Part shown: piece after piece, positions 47,155-61,124 of the stretch
Layout of the letters: each line of letters begins with the position of its first letter
How positions within the stretch are numbered: position 1 is the stretch's first letter
Source of the DNA: Eledone cirrhosa
Lineage: Eukaryota
Direction of reading: 5' to 3'
Length of the DNA: 64,000 nucleotides
Assembly (NCBI GenBank): GCA_964016885.1
Contig: OZ024740.1
Span: 233,430,001 to 233,494,000, forward strand
The notes under the pieces: generated by a model
Database searches by the model: none
The model's input: the letters and a program-made list of their open reading frames with translations, nothing else
What the model was told of the DNA's origin: nothing
Made by a program: the position numbers and the translations under genes

Positions 47155-48696
47155 TACTATAAAGCTAACGACCGTATGTAGGTAACAAACTTTCCGCCAA
47201 ACGGCTGGACCAAACACCACCAAATTTGCATCCTAGATGTAACTTTTTCCGAGTAAAAATGTGACGGTATTTTCGTCTACTGAATTTTGTTAAAAGATGA
47301 AAGACATTATTTACATATTCACTTCTTTAAAATTTTCAAATGTCAACACATCCGGTTATACGATATTCCTAACGTCTTCACGAACCAATGTATCATCTTC
47401 CTGTTTTCTTTCGGTTGCAACGTTTTACGAAATATTTACTTCGGCGTTCACAGATTGATTTTTTTAGTTTCAGAAGATTCCGTTAAGGGTGAAAGCAGCG
47501 ATTGTTTGCTTAAACTTTAATCTGTTATTTTAATATATATATATAATTATATATTCGTGTACAGATATTTTTGCACAAAAACAAAATATAAACAAACGCA
47601 TTTATTTCCCGAAAGCACAGACGGCTCATCGTCATTGTTACTCCCGATATGCCACCCAAAAAGTCCTAGCCTGGCCGCAAAATCAGATTTTCCAGAACAA
47701 AAAAATGTTACTAGAGCAACAGAGAGACTAAGCTTTGCGATTACCATCAACAAAGCTCAGGGTCAAACCCTAAAAGTGGCTGGCCTTCATCTGGGAAAAC
47801 CATGGTGAATTGTATGTAGGATGCTCGAGGGTGAGCTAAGGAACGGGAGAGGAAGGATAGAAGGAGAAAAGAAACCTACAATGAAAGAACATATTAAAGT
47901 TTACCCAAGCCAAATGTATTTATTAACATTTCTATCTGCAGGTTCTTAGCAAGCTTACTGGCGCTTTAGTATGTTATTCAATTCTCATATCGTTTTTGAT
48001 TGATATGGTGCATATATCGCAGCTATTCATATGTTTTAAACATTAGATAACGATTGCTGATGTATATTGTACGACAGAATTAGCTGAAAAATATTTTGAA
48101 TGTACAAATAAAAGAGATATAAAAGAGAGATGTTTGTTGGTTGGTTTCTTCGCGTATCACACGAAAAAAACGAAAAGTGACAATCGGAAAGTATGTATAG
48201 GATTGCGATAAGAGTATATCCAGGAAAGTTTATTGATACTAATTTTATAACACCAAAGAAGAAGAAAGACATACCACGTATTCTAACCCACCTGACTTCT
48301 ATTTCTAGCAGGTTGGGAATCAACCATATGGGATTCTCGTTGCGAGTTCGTTGTCAGTGATGATCGTGTTTCGCGGCCTATGTCTCCGATTCCAGCGGTG
48401 GATGACACACACACCCACACACACACACACACAAACACACATACACATACACACGCACACGCGAACACTCACACAGGCACGCACACATATATATATATAT
48501 ATACACACACACGAACACTCACACACACACTCCATATATATATACACAAACACACACAAACATACACACACACACATACACACACACAATACACACACAC
48601 TGTAAACAAGACAATACATTCAATACAGACGTTTTCTCTTCTGCTTGTCTTCTCTTATCATTTGTTAACCTTGGCGAAACTGGGTGCCTCAGCTAG
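47155..48696 (+). mobile_element. Non-autonomous Helitron remnant with a Pif1-helicase C-terminal fragment
   Basis: 47725-47833 encodes RLSFAITINKAQGQTLKVAGLHL..(frameshift)..HGELYVGCSRV. The 3' end is a short imperfect hairpin followed by CTAG|T at 48693-48697. The 5' end TACTATAAAG...AAACGGCTGGACC..CCAAATTTG is Helitron-like. A family C piece is nested inside. Confidence 0.7.
47466..47516 (+). ncRNA. Hammerhead-like motif, U4A (family C)
   Basis: AGTTT-CAGAAGA-T-TCC-GTTAA-GGG-T-GAA-AGCA..TGCT-T-AAACT. Confidence 0.55.
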
Positions 48697-48789
48697 TATA
48701 TATATATATATATATATATATACGTTATTCCGGGTTGAATCGGAGGTAACCACAGTAAGTAAGGTACTCAATACATAGCAGAGTATAAA

Positions 48790-48840
48790 AGATTCCTGAT
48801 GATTTCTAATGAATGAAACAGTTCTAGTCCTGTAGAATCT
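48790..48840 (+). ncRNA. Type I hammerhead ribozyme
   Basis: AGATTC-CTGATGA-T-TTC-TAAT-GAA-T-GAA-ACAG-TTCTAGTC-CTGT-A-GAATCT. All three stems pair and the triplet is GUA. A truncated copy lies at 19942-19985. Confidence 0.8.
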
Positions 48841-48852
48841 CATCTATATTAA

Positions 48853-48886
<34 letters not shown>

Positions 48887-49352
48887 GTGTATCAGTATTA
48901 TGTGTATATATGTGTATATATGAAATATACATTCCAATATGTGTGTTTGAGTGTAATGTATATATGTTCAAAATCTATATATGTATGTATGTATATCCGT
49001 ATCTTTAAATCACATAAAATATGCACCATACTCCTCACCATACGCTAGCACCTGCCACCACAGGTAGGAAATTATACACCCCTGTATTTTATCCTGTTAT
49101 AATACAGCATTCTCAATAGTTCACGACACTCTACTGCTGTGTAAGTAGTTGTGTATAGAATAGTTGATAAGTATTCATATCACCTCCCTATCTATCTATC
49201 TATCTATCTATTTATCTCCTTCTTTTTGTTTATCTGTATGAATCTCTCTATATCTCTCTCTCTTTCTCTCTCTTTCCCTTTCCCTATTTCTCTCTCTGTC
49301 TCTCTCTCTCTATATATATAAATAAATATATAAATATATAAATAATTAAATG

Positions 49353-49405
<53 letters not shown>

Positions 49406-49547
49406 TTATACATATATATATGTATGTGTGTATATGGGCGGTGTATATGTGTTTTTGTATAGGTTTGAGTGTGCATGTGTATGTGAGTGTTTGTGTGTGT
49501 GTGCGTCATAAAGACCACATTTTGGTCTGCTTCATCTTGATTGTGAA

Positions 49548-49740
49548 TAGTCGGTGGATTGGCAGTATCGGTAGAGGGTCGAACGCCATGTTTGCAGCAA
49601 AGAGTTACGGCCCTTTATGGTCTGAGTTCAAATCCCGCCAAGGTTGACTTTGCCTTTCATCCTTACGGAGGTCGATAAAATAAAGTACGAGTTATACACT
49701 GGGATAATTGCTGGCCTTGTGCCAAAAGTAGAAACAATTA
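49548..49740 (+). mobile_element. SINE family A
   Basis: Full consensus match. Confidence 0.88.
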
Positions 49741-51044
49741 TTTCTTCTATATCTCTATCTATCTAAGGCGGGTAAAATTCCCGAGATCCATGGACGAGTT
49801 CTCTCCAGCGGTCTCTGTCCCTCATTATCGCTGCCATGTCCTGCATCTCCAACAGATATAAAGATATATATATATATATATATATTTATTTTGACTTTCA
49901 AGTCTAACGGCTGATCCTGCTGTGATTGATTTATCAGAAAGTTCTCCGATTGTTTCTCTTATTAATTTTGACGATAGTTAGAATATGTGTTGTAGTTGCT
50001 GTTTAGGCCCATGTCAGACATTATTGAGGAAATATATGAATTAAAGGATTCCAGTCGTTTTTCAGATATTTGGTATGCAGGACTGCAGCATGCAGTATGT
50101 CCTTTTATATATAAGACAGTAGAATATGGTTTGACAAGGATTTAGCGAACATTACGAGTAGGTCGAGGGACCACATATGAGGCCAATTCATCGTTGATTC
50201 GTAGATTATTGTGTTGCGTGTTTCTCTTGTGATTCTATTGACCTATCTATCTAGACAACCTTGATCTTATAATTAAAATATATAGGACTAAATTGCCTAA
50301 ATTGTCCTTCATTTTCAAAGGCAGTTTTGTGTAATTCGAATAAAAATTCGGCTATTCTAGCAATAGGAGCGACAACGTAGTCACTCTGGTTGGTCTTCAT
50401 GTGTGTGTGTTTCTGGTGTGACTGCGGCTTTAAGGGGTTGATAATGAACAAACTGAGAATCAAAATTAAGTTTTTAAAAAATAAAACAACGACATAAAAA
50501 CAATTAAAACAACAACAACATAAAAACACTTTATAAAAAGTAAAGAATAAAACAGAGGTGATAAGACCCCCATAAATATTGGCTGGTGTGTTGGGCAGAT
50601 AGAAAAGGAACAAGGGTTAGGAGGAATATCTGGGTAAAGCATACGTTACCGTTAAATCATACTCGCTCCGTGCCTGACTGTGAATCAGATGCGAGTTAGC
50701 TAAAATATAAAGGGTACTCATAAAGAAACGGAATGTCATTATTTATTTTATTTATTTTATTTATTTATTTACTTACTTATTTATTTATTTATCTATTATA
50801 CATTGATATCCGATCTCAGTATATGGGCAGGTCTTATTTTAAAACAATAAAAAACATAAAAACAAATAAAACTATTAAGAATTAACTGATGAAAAAAAAT
50901 GTATAACGAGATCGGGAAGGGTCAAACTCAGTCTCTATGTATGTGTGAACTGTATATGTGAGTGTATGGAAAAGTGGTTCTTTTACGGGTTTAAGGTGAT
51001 GGATAGAGTTTCTTTCCGTATTTGTTTCTATATGTTTCTACATG

Positions 51045-51103
<59 letters not shown>

Positions 51104-51235
51104 GTATATATATAACGAAGGAACTGTGGTAAGGAACCAGATGGACCACATCACACCAGTGTACTCAATACTTAGGGCAGTAGAGTGGATAATAGGAAAA
51201 TGTTCAAGACCCCGACGGCAGGGTTTTGAAGATAT

Positions 51236-51279
<44 letters not shown>

Positions 51280-51635
51280 TTGCGAGGTTTTTGATATGAA
51301 ATCGTGTGTCGAAATAAATATTGGTATACTTGAGGAGGGTCATATTGTTGTAATAATATTGCCAGAAATAATAACAGAACACACTCACTGTTTGGTTGGT
51401 TTTCGCTTCTGCATCTTTTATATCTCCATAGTTAATTCGTTTGCCCATTAATGTTTATCACTGACTGACCAACGGTCAAAAATACAGATATAAATGCATA
51501 TATATAGTCCAAAATTATTAACTATGGAGATATAAAAGATGCAGAAGCGAAAACCAACCAAACAGTGAGTGTATTTTTGTTTTGTTATTATTTCTGCCAA
51601 TATTATTACAACAATATGACCCTCCCCAAGTATAA

Positions 51636-51710
<75 letters not shown>

Positions 51711-51919
51711 GAACAGGTTAAAGTTTAATTCTTTACTTGTACTTTAATCTGTTCTTATAATAAATATTTGCTCTACCGGTTTATATAGTTTCGTTGACAA
51801 GTATATTAAAGTGCACAGACGCGTACATATATTGTCCTTGGTAGGATAACTAGTATACTACAGAGCCGTTATAAGTTTAGGAATAACCAATTAGTGCTTA
51901 GAAATACTTTGTTTTATTA

Positions 51920-51964
51920 GCTAACAGTGTTTCATCCATACCATATGGCAGGAATCATCAGAGC
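51920..51964 (-). ncRNA. Type I hammerhead ribozyme
   Basis: GCT-CTGATGA-T-TCCTGCCA-TA-TGGTATGGA-T-GAAACACTGTT-AGC on the minus strand. Confidence 0.7.
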
Positions 51965-52148
51965 CTATAAACAAAAATATATCATAGGTTGCAGGCTGCA
52001 TCAAGCTCAGTCACCAGATAAAGGACAAGTAGGGGTGTCCCAAGGCCAGCGTCATATAGAAAAACACACAATACGCACATAATGTCATAAAATGCCATAA
52101 AAGGTAATAAAACAATGTATTTCTAAGCACTCTTTGGTTATTCCTAAA

Positions 52149-52197
<49 letters not shown>

Positions 52198-52209
52198 TTA
52201 ATATAGATG

Positions 52210-52260
52210 AGATTCTACAGGACTAGAACTGTTTCATTCTTTAGAAATCATCAGGAATCT
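52210..52260 (-). ncRNA. Type I hammerhead ribozyme (same family as 48790)
   Basis: AGATTC-CTGATGA-TTTC-TAAA-GAAT-GAAACAG..CTGTA-GAATCT; differs from 48790 only in loop II. Confidence 0.8.
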
Positions 52261-52290
52261 GTGGTTACCTCCGATTCAACCCGGAATAAC

Positions 52291-52343
<53 letters not shown>

Positions 52344-52364
52344 TATACATACATATATATATAT

Positions 52365-52454
<90 letters not shown>

Positions 52455-52490
52455 GTGTATATATATATATAAAATAACAGATAAAAGTTA

Positions 52491-52548
<58 letters not shown>

Positions 52549-52744
52549 GTAATAATAAATTTGAAGACTAAAATCCAAAGAGGGCTCGATAAGGATAAAT
52601 ATATATCCAATATATAAGAACCGTAGAGCAAATACTTATTAAAATAACAGATTAAAGTTTAAGCAAAGAATTAAGCTGCTTTGAGAAGATCCCGTTAAGG
52701 GTGAAAGCAGCGATTCTTTGCTTAAATTTTAATCTGTTATTTTA

Positions 52745-52799
<55 letters not shown>

Positions 52800-53154
52800 T
52801 ATATATATTAGGTTATAGAAAAGGATAAGGACGCCAAAGATACAATATAATACAACACTACTATCCCCACCGACACCACCACAACCACCATCACTACCTG
52901 CAGCAGCTACACAATCACTGGTATGTCATATGTCTAGAGATGCTATAATTTAGTTGCTAAATAACGATACAGGTGCAAATGAATGGATACCAACGTCATA
53001 CTTGACATTTTCTCTTATCATGGAGCAGTATAGGTGGTGTTGGTGGAAAGGAAGAAGGGTTGGTTCTGGTATTGGTAGTGTTGTTAGTGGATGTGGTTGT
53101 GAGTGTAGTGGTGTTATTGTTGTTGTTATCGCTAGTTTTACTGTATTACTGTAT

Positions 53155-53157
53155 TGC

Positions 53158-53188
<31 letters not shown>

Positions 53189-53526
53189 GGTGGTTAGTGT
53201 TGATGACGGTTTTGGTAATGATGGTTTTGTTGGTGTTGGTGTTGGTGCTGGTTAGTGTTGGTGGTGTTGGTGGTGTTGGTGGGGTTGGTGGTGTTGGTGG
53301 CGTTGGTGGCGTTAAGGCTAGAGATTTGGTGAAGTTAGTATGTGCTGTTTTGTGATGGTATTTACTATTAGTAAAGACGACGTTGACAACAAGAAGGACA
53401 AAGGCTATGAGTATGAGGAAGAAGAAGAAGAAGAAGAAGAAGAAGAAGAAGAAGAAGAAGAAGAAGAAGAAGAAGAAGAAGAAGAAGAAGAAGACCACCA
53501 GCAGCAGCAGCAGCAGCAGCAGCAGA
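53155..53526. repeat. Cluster of (TTG)n, (GGTGGTGTT)n, (GAA)n and (CAG)n repeats
   Basis: Seen directly. Confidence 0.9.
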
Positions 53527-54226
53527 GCAGCAAGAGGATACCGACGATATTGCTATTTTCATGAAAAGATGTCAGCATTAACCCCTTTTATACATATCGA
53601 GTTGGAATGCTCATTTCAATTTTATAAATCTTCCCCTCTCTCTATCTTTATCTCTCTTTTTATCCTCTTTTTCTCTCTCTCTCCCTTTCTCTGTATCTCT
53701 CTTATTCTTTACATCACAAATATTTATAATTTCAAACAGAGTGCAGTGAACTAATCGATTCATGATTAAAGCTATGTCAGTCTGTATGATAATTCACATA
53801 AATCATTGGGTGTTTGGAAGCAATATCGTATAGCAGTTTAACTAAACTGATCCCACCTATTGAATGTTTATATTAGCACACGTTTACACTACTATTTTAT
53901 TTACTGGGGAAAATGAAAGGAAAAATTGAAGTACCTAACCGAATACTAAATGTATGTAATGCCGCACTCTTACCGTGTACGTGGCCAACAGATTAGTTTA
54001 TTGGACTCCTGATCATAGAAGGTTGTGGGTTCGTTTCCTAGACCGGCTGGCGCGTTGCGCTCTCATTCAAGAATCATCCTACTATCATTAAAAGACCCAT
54101 GAAACCTATAAGATGAAACTTTGAAGGAGGCCAGCTAAACATTATAGATCATTGTGCATACACTAATATAATTTATATCTATAATATTTATATCTATAAT
54201 ATTTATATCTATATTATTTATATTTA

Positions 54227-54540
54227 TAGGGCGGTCGATTGGCAGTATCGGTAGAGGGTCGGACGCCATGCTTTCCAGCATAGAGTTATGTCCCTTTACG
54301 GTTTGAGTTCAAATCCCGCCGAGATTTACTTTACCTTTCATCGTTACGGGGGTCGATAAAATAAAGTACCAGTAATGTACTGCGATAATTGGTGGCCTTG
54401 TGCCAACAGTAGAAACAATTATTTATATTTATAAAACGATGGTGGATTAGCAGAACTGGCAGAGCGTCGGACAACATGCTTCGTGGCTTAGAGTTACGGT
54501 CCCTTACGTTCTGACTTCCCATCCCGCCGCGGTCAGCCCC
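54227..54540 (+). mobile_element. SINE family A plus an adjacent older SINE head
   Basis: Consensus match at 54227-54422; degenerate head at 54435-54540. Confidence 0.85.
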
Positions 54541-55412
54541 GTCCCGTATTGCTCAATAGTTATCAGCCATTGTTCTTATTTGAACATATACCTACATATG
54601 ATTTATAAAACTACAGAAGGATACGGTTTATCTACAAGGAGATAGTTTACTATAAATATATATATATATATATATATATAGTAGTTTACTATGGCTAATA
54701 ATATATATAATACTTCAACTGCTGATTTTCTTGTTATTCTTATCTTCATTAAACTTTTTTCCTTCAGTAAAGACTTTTTTAATGATGTTTCAAACAAGTA
54801 TGATTATTGTTAGTGGTGAATTAAAAGTGTGTGGAAAGAGAGGCTGGACTGTAGCCAGGAGCCCCATGATATTTAAAGTAACCTAAATGAATGATTTTGC
54901 TAGCATGGTGGTGGTGGTGCTGGTGTTGGTGGTGGGGCCGATGCTAATGACGGTAGCAGTGATGGGGACGGATTTTACAATGGAAATGGGGGTGAAGATG
55001 ATAATCCAATATATGGCTAAATATAGAGATTCACAACCCTGTACAGACCTCGCTACCTACGTCGACTAAACTAATTTTCATAATTATTTTAGACATAATG
55101 CCCCTTGTTTACATGATCGCAATATCTCCGGTGGTTGGGGAATTGCTCTCGTTAGACGCCAATCCAGTTAGCATAGAAATATATATACATGCATACACAT
55201 ACAGATACACCACACACGCCCCACACGCACGTACACACATACACACACATGCACGCACACACACGTGTGTATAGACGTATATATGTATGTGTGCGTGTGT
55301 ACTTACATGCATACGTACACACACATGTACGTCCATACACGCATATATACATAAACACATACATACATAAACACATACATACATAGATAAACACATAATA
55401 CATACATACATA

Positions 55413-55722
55413 CATGGTGGCTGCCAACTCGTTTTCGAGTACGGCCACTACTTTATATCCATGTAGGAGAACCCTTACCGATGCGCTGAACGAGTGTGAC
55501 TTTTTAGTCCAGCCAGCGACTTGAAAACTCTGGTACAAACACTGCACTTGTGACAATTACTGACACATAGTGCTGGGCCCATGGTACCATGTGACGACAA
55601 GTGCAGAGAGATCTCCAGATATAAAGCAATGCCTGTGCCGTGAAGCTTTTATAGTGAGCAAAGGCACTGCACAAAGCCAGTCCCACTCTCTTAACCAAGA
55701 TGATATTCACCAAAACGAAGAA
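55413..55722 (-). mobile_element. RTE-like non-autonomous element copy
   Basis: Similar to 26263-26575; flanked by (ACAT)n. Confidence 0.75.
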
Positions 55723-56287
55723 CATACATACATATATACATACATACATACATATATACATACATAGTCAAATGTATATGAATGTTTATATGACTATGTA
55801 AATGCACGACAAAAATATCTTTATACACACGTAAATAAAAATGTATGTATACTTATATAAATCGAAAGAGTGTTGTTGAAAACAGGTTGGCCATACAAAG
55901 TCCCAATTAAGAAGACTGAATCAACAAGCCGGTTGTATAATAACACAACCATTTATACATTCCTTTCTTTCCTGGCAGTTGTCAGGGAAATAGCACTCTC
56001 CTCTCATATATATAAGTCTCAAAAACATGTGGTGTGATGCTTGTTCTATTTATGTTAAATACTAGAAAATAATAATGTTTGTCTTGCTAAAACCTTAATG
56101 ATAGTTTTCTATTGTATTCTTTTTGTTTTTCATTTTGTTCTTATTTGTTCTTATATTAGAATAAAGCTACACATCGTACAGTCAATTGAATTGAACGCTA
56201 GGATATTTGTGGTATTTATGTTATAAACTCCTGCAATGATGGCTGAGGTTATTGTCTTCGTGAGATTTGTTTCCCCTCTGTGTAGTG

Positions 56288-56359
<72 letters not shown>

Positions 56360-56679
56360 AAAATAGCAGCAGCCGCCGCAGCAATTTATTTCGCATAACC
56401 TCCAAGCCAGAAATTTGTGCAGGAGGATAGAGTCATTTAACACTTTAGCATTCACATTACTCTATGTTTACTATTGTATTTTCACAGAAAAAGCTTATTT
56501 TACATAATTACCTCATATAATGTCGAATCTACGAGATTTTGATATCATTTATTTTGAGAACTATACCTTAACCTCAGTATGAGCTGTCGATTACGACCGG
56601 TTTGAACAGAAGAAGGCAAGAGAATTCTAGCTGGATATGGCCGGATTATACGCTAATGGGTTGAATCGACGTCAAGTAT

Positions 56680-57375
56680 TCGACTGGTACTTACTTCATT
56701 GATCCTGGGAGGAAGTAACGAAATGTTAACCATCGCAGAATAAAAGTTCAACATGTAAAGTGCGACATCAAATACCGAGGCATTTTCTCCAATACTCTAA
56801 AGATGCTGCCAATCCACCTACATTTGGCACAAGGCCAGCAATTTGAAGGGAAGAGGAAACTCGCTTAAATCTATCCCAATGTGTAACTGGTGATTTATTC
56901 TATCGACCCCCTCCCCCCGCGCCTAACGGTAAAAGACAAAGCTAACCCATGATGATTTCAACTTAGAACGTAAAGGGTGGTAATTCTATGTCCCCCGTGT
57001 ACGTAGGTCTACTGATATTGCCAATCCACCACCAAAATAATAATTGTTTCTACAATTATATATAGGTCAGTAATTTGAAGGGAAGGGGAAAATCGATTAA
57101 ATCAACTCCAGTGCGTTACCGGGTCTTTATCTTATGGATCTCAATGAATGGCACACCTCCAAAAATATAATTTCTGATATAGGCACAAGACCAACAATTT
57201 TAGGGGTGGGGAAATTCGATTAAATCTACCTTATTGCGTTATTGGTACTTTGTTCTATCGATCTTGTGAGAATGAAAGGCAAAACTAACTTCGGCAGTAT
57301 TTTAACTCAGAACGTAAAGGGGCGTATCTTTTTGCCGCAAAGTATGTCCTCCGACGGGCTATCGATACTGTCGTA
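56680..57375 (-). mobile_element. Head-to-tail cluster of 3-4 old SINE family A copies
   Basis: Repeated degenerate GGCACAAGGCCAGCAATT...TATCGACCCC...AACTCAGAACGTAAAGGG...GCCAATCCACC blocks. Confidence 0.7.
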
Positions 57376-57676
57376 GTTCTGTTGCTACAAAAACGGCGTA
57401 TTGTAGGATGTTAGAAGGGCGAATTTCAAAAATTCTTGCCATTTTCACAGAACAAAATATCATTTTTCTTTTATAAAACTGACATAAAAACAAGGAAATG
57501 AAATATAACATAAGAACAAGGTGGGAAATATTTGAGAACATTTAAAGATGTAGGTGATTAAACCAATTTCATTATTTCATTGGCTTTTATTTTATCGAAA
57601 TCGGAATGTATAAAGACGTAATTAAATATCACTGTCGATTCATTTATAGACGTTACGCACTACTATTACAAATAAT

Positions 57677-57860
57677 TGTTTCTACTTTAGGCACAAGGCC
57701 AGCAATTACCCAGTGCATTACTGGTACTTTATTTTATCGACCCCGTAAGGATGAAAGGAAAAGTCAACCTCGGCGGGATTTGAACTCAGATCGTAAAGGG
57801 ACGTAACTATGCTGGAAAACATGGCGTCCGACCCTCTATCGATACTGCCAATCCACCGCC
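57677..57860 (-). mobile_element. SINE family A with 14-bp TSD
   Basis: CTATTACAAATAAT at 57663-57676 and 57861-57874. Confidence 0.93.
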
Positions 57861-58668
57861 CTATTACAAATAATGTTAATCGATTATAACCACAGTTACG
57901 ACGTTCTCCTAAGAATTTGGATTAGATTTCCAACGACTAAGATAAGCCAACAACTACGATATACTAATAATACATAAGAAGGTCGTAGTGATCAACCAAA
58001 AAAGTATGCCTTTACATGGTTAAAATACCGTGAAATCTAATGCCTCATATGAATTCAAAATCTACTTCTGATTTCGATAAACAATACCAGTAATAATATA
58101 CCACATAGAAGAGAAGACGAACACCCCATTAAAAGGAATATATACACTTCTTAGAATATAGATGGCAAATGTCTCTGAAAGAACGCAACACAGTATCAGA
58201 ATGTCCTACATTGTTCTACCATAAAATATATAGATCCCCATCATAATATAGGAAAGCTGGTCAATGGCTCTGGGCACCTATTTTCAATTCACTCGAGAAA
58301 ACGCTCGATGTCACTCCCATGAAAATCTACATTTCAATATGACAATGCGATGATACTGTGTAACTTTAGCATACAGGGAGATTAACAAATAGTATATAGT
58401 AAGCTTAAAATCATTTTCTATGCCAAAATGACAATTGAGGTATTAACTTCAAAACACATGGGACTTATGATGTCTGTAAAATTCTGCAACTAGGATTCTG
58501 TGAAATATATTCATAGTTAAAATAATCTTTCATTTTCTTCGTTTTTTTTATAGCTTTCCTAGATTTTCTTGTTAAATTTCTTATTATTCCCTATGGTCTA
58601 AGTTAATTTAAGCGTCCCTCACCACCACAACCACCATAATTATCGCTGTCATTATTACAGCCATCATC

Positions 58669-58842
58669 AAGGGCGGTGGATTGGTAGTATCGGTAGAGGG
58701 TCGGACGCCATGCTTTTCAGCATAGTTACGTCCCTTTACGTTATGAGTTCAAATCCTGCCGAGGTTAACTTTCCCTTTCCTCCTTACGGAGTCGATAAAA
58801 TAAAGTACCAGTAATGCTGGCCTTGTGCCTAAAGTAGAAACA
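58669..58842 (+). mobile_element. SINE family A with 18-bp TSD
   Basis: ATTATTACAGCCATCATC at 58651-58668 and 58843-58860. Another partial copy lies at 58880-59010. Confidence 0.93.
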
Positions 58843-59759
58843 ATTATTACAGCCATCATCTTTGTCATTATGTCATTCCACCGGGGTTAGCTTTGATTTT
58901 CATCCATACGGGGTCGATGAAACTCAACACCGGTAATGCACTGGGGTCGATTTAATTGACTTTCCTCTCCCCTAAAATTGTTGGCCTTGTGCCTAAATCA
59001 GAAAACATTATCGTGCTGTTAATGAAGAGAGACATTATCATTCATCACTATCATCACCAATATAATTACCAAGATTATTATGATGTACCTCCTCTTCCTC
59101 TTCCTCATCATCATGATTGTCAATTTCATCAACATCATCATCATCATCATCATCATCATCGTCGTCGTCATCGTCGTCATCTTCTTGCTCGTCGGTGACA
59201 TCGTTTGGCCAGCATCATGAGCAGAACAATCACCGTCCTCACCGACAAAATATTCATCAGAGAAAATCACCTTTCATCAGCGTCCACAATATCATCAAAA
59301 TTATAACCATCTTCATCAACGCCGTCCTCCTCGTTGTCACCAAATTTATCATCATCATCATTATCCACATCATCATCGTTACCATTACTATTACCTCACG
59401 TCTTGTACACTGCTTTTAATTACCCACCCAGTTTTGGATTTTTAATTACATTTTTCATATTGAGAAATATTGTTATCGATAACATTTCCTAGAGCTACTC
59501 AATAGAAGTCAGATATATTTGATAAATGTATAGTTAAGAACGGTGAGAAAATTAAACGGGACAAAACATATTTTTTGACCAAATATTTCCATAAAAAGTG
59601 TAAGATAAGAAAGGGAGAGAGAAAATGAAAAACAACAGGAAAGAGATAGAGAGAAAAGGACATGAACTGATTTTACTTTCCAATTGAGAAAAGGAAATGT
59701 CATATTTCTAAATGTGTACGTATGTGTGTATGCATATATATACATATGTACACACAAAC

Positions 59760-59891
<132 letters not shown>

Positions 59892-60665
59892 GTGTGTGTG
59901 TGTATCCCGGGTTCAAGGAAAATGATAATAAAAAGGATTTATATATATATATGGTTTTTATGACATGTACAAACATTTATGTTGTTTAGCAAAGTTCGCT
60001 TTCTCCCCTTTGGATTGTCAAAACATAAGATTTTTTATTAGATTAAATAGATTTATTCTTGTCTGCAGATGAATTACTTCAATTTGACGTATAGAAAGAT
60101 TTAGTTTATTGAAATTATCTCCCTTCCATTTGAGCGTTACTGATAATTACTGCTATGTTTTAGATTCCTGTCATTGCATACAGCATGAAACACATCCTTC
60201 TTAAACTTAATTACCTAAAGTCATGTCATTGGATACTGAGCTATTTCACTTAGCGCTGTATATTTTAAATAACGAAAATTATACTTGACCAATAATACAC
60301 CTTACTCATTTTATATATGCAAGGATGTTGAAATGTGTGTTTGTGTGTGGATATGTGAGTATGTGTGTGTGCGTGGTGTATATCCATTATTGTTAGTTAG
60401 TTGTATTTCCATTTAACTCCACATCCTATTCTAAAGGCTGCAACCTCAAATTAACATATAACTTTGATTCTCTCAAGGCTTGTATATACGCATATGTACA
60501 TGTATGGGCAGAAAAATATAGGAAGAGGGAACAATGAGGAAGAAAGAGAAGAGGAAGAGTAAAGAGAAGGAAAAGGGAGGAGGAGTAATTAAAGAGCGGT
60601 CTCAGATGTCCAACTTGATATGGAATAACACCATATCAACATAGCAAAACCTTATCACACATAAA

Positions 60666-60703
<38 letters not shown>

Positions 60704-60723
60704 TTATTAAAATAACAGATTAA

Positions 60724-60774
60724 AGTTTAAGCAAAGAATCGCTGCTTTCACCCTTAACGGGATCTTCTGAAACT
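60724..60774 (-). ncRNA. Hammerhead-like motif, U4A (family C), best-paired copy
   Basis: AGTTT-CAGAAGA-T-CCC-GTTAA-GGG-T-GAA-AGCA-GCGATTCTT-TGCT-T-AAACT; part of the fold-back at 60703-61097. Confidence 0.6.
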
Positions 60775-61124
60775 AACAAAGTCAATCTGTAAACACAGAA
60801 GTGGATATTTCAAAAAACGTTGCAACCGGAGGAAGACAGGAAGACGATACTTTGGTTCGTGGAAACGTTCCCTGGCAAAGAACGGGAAAAAACGAATATA
60901 CGTCATTAACCACGTTTATGGTATGATTGACTTTGTTAGTTTCAGATCCCGTTAAGGGTGAAAGCAGCGATTCTTTGCTTAAACTTTAATCTGTTATTTT
61001 AATAAAGATTTGCTCTACGGTTCTTATATATTTGATATATATTTATCCTTATCGAGCCCTCTTTGGATTTTAGTCTTCAAATTTATTATTATTACTATAT
61101 GTATATATATATATATTAGTAGTA

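Noticed and set aside
52950-53754. Possible second exon among Q/E/K/G-V ORFs
   Set aside because: Made of trinucleotide repeats, with stops in the flanks and no convincing splice sites.
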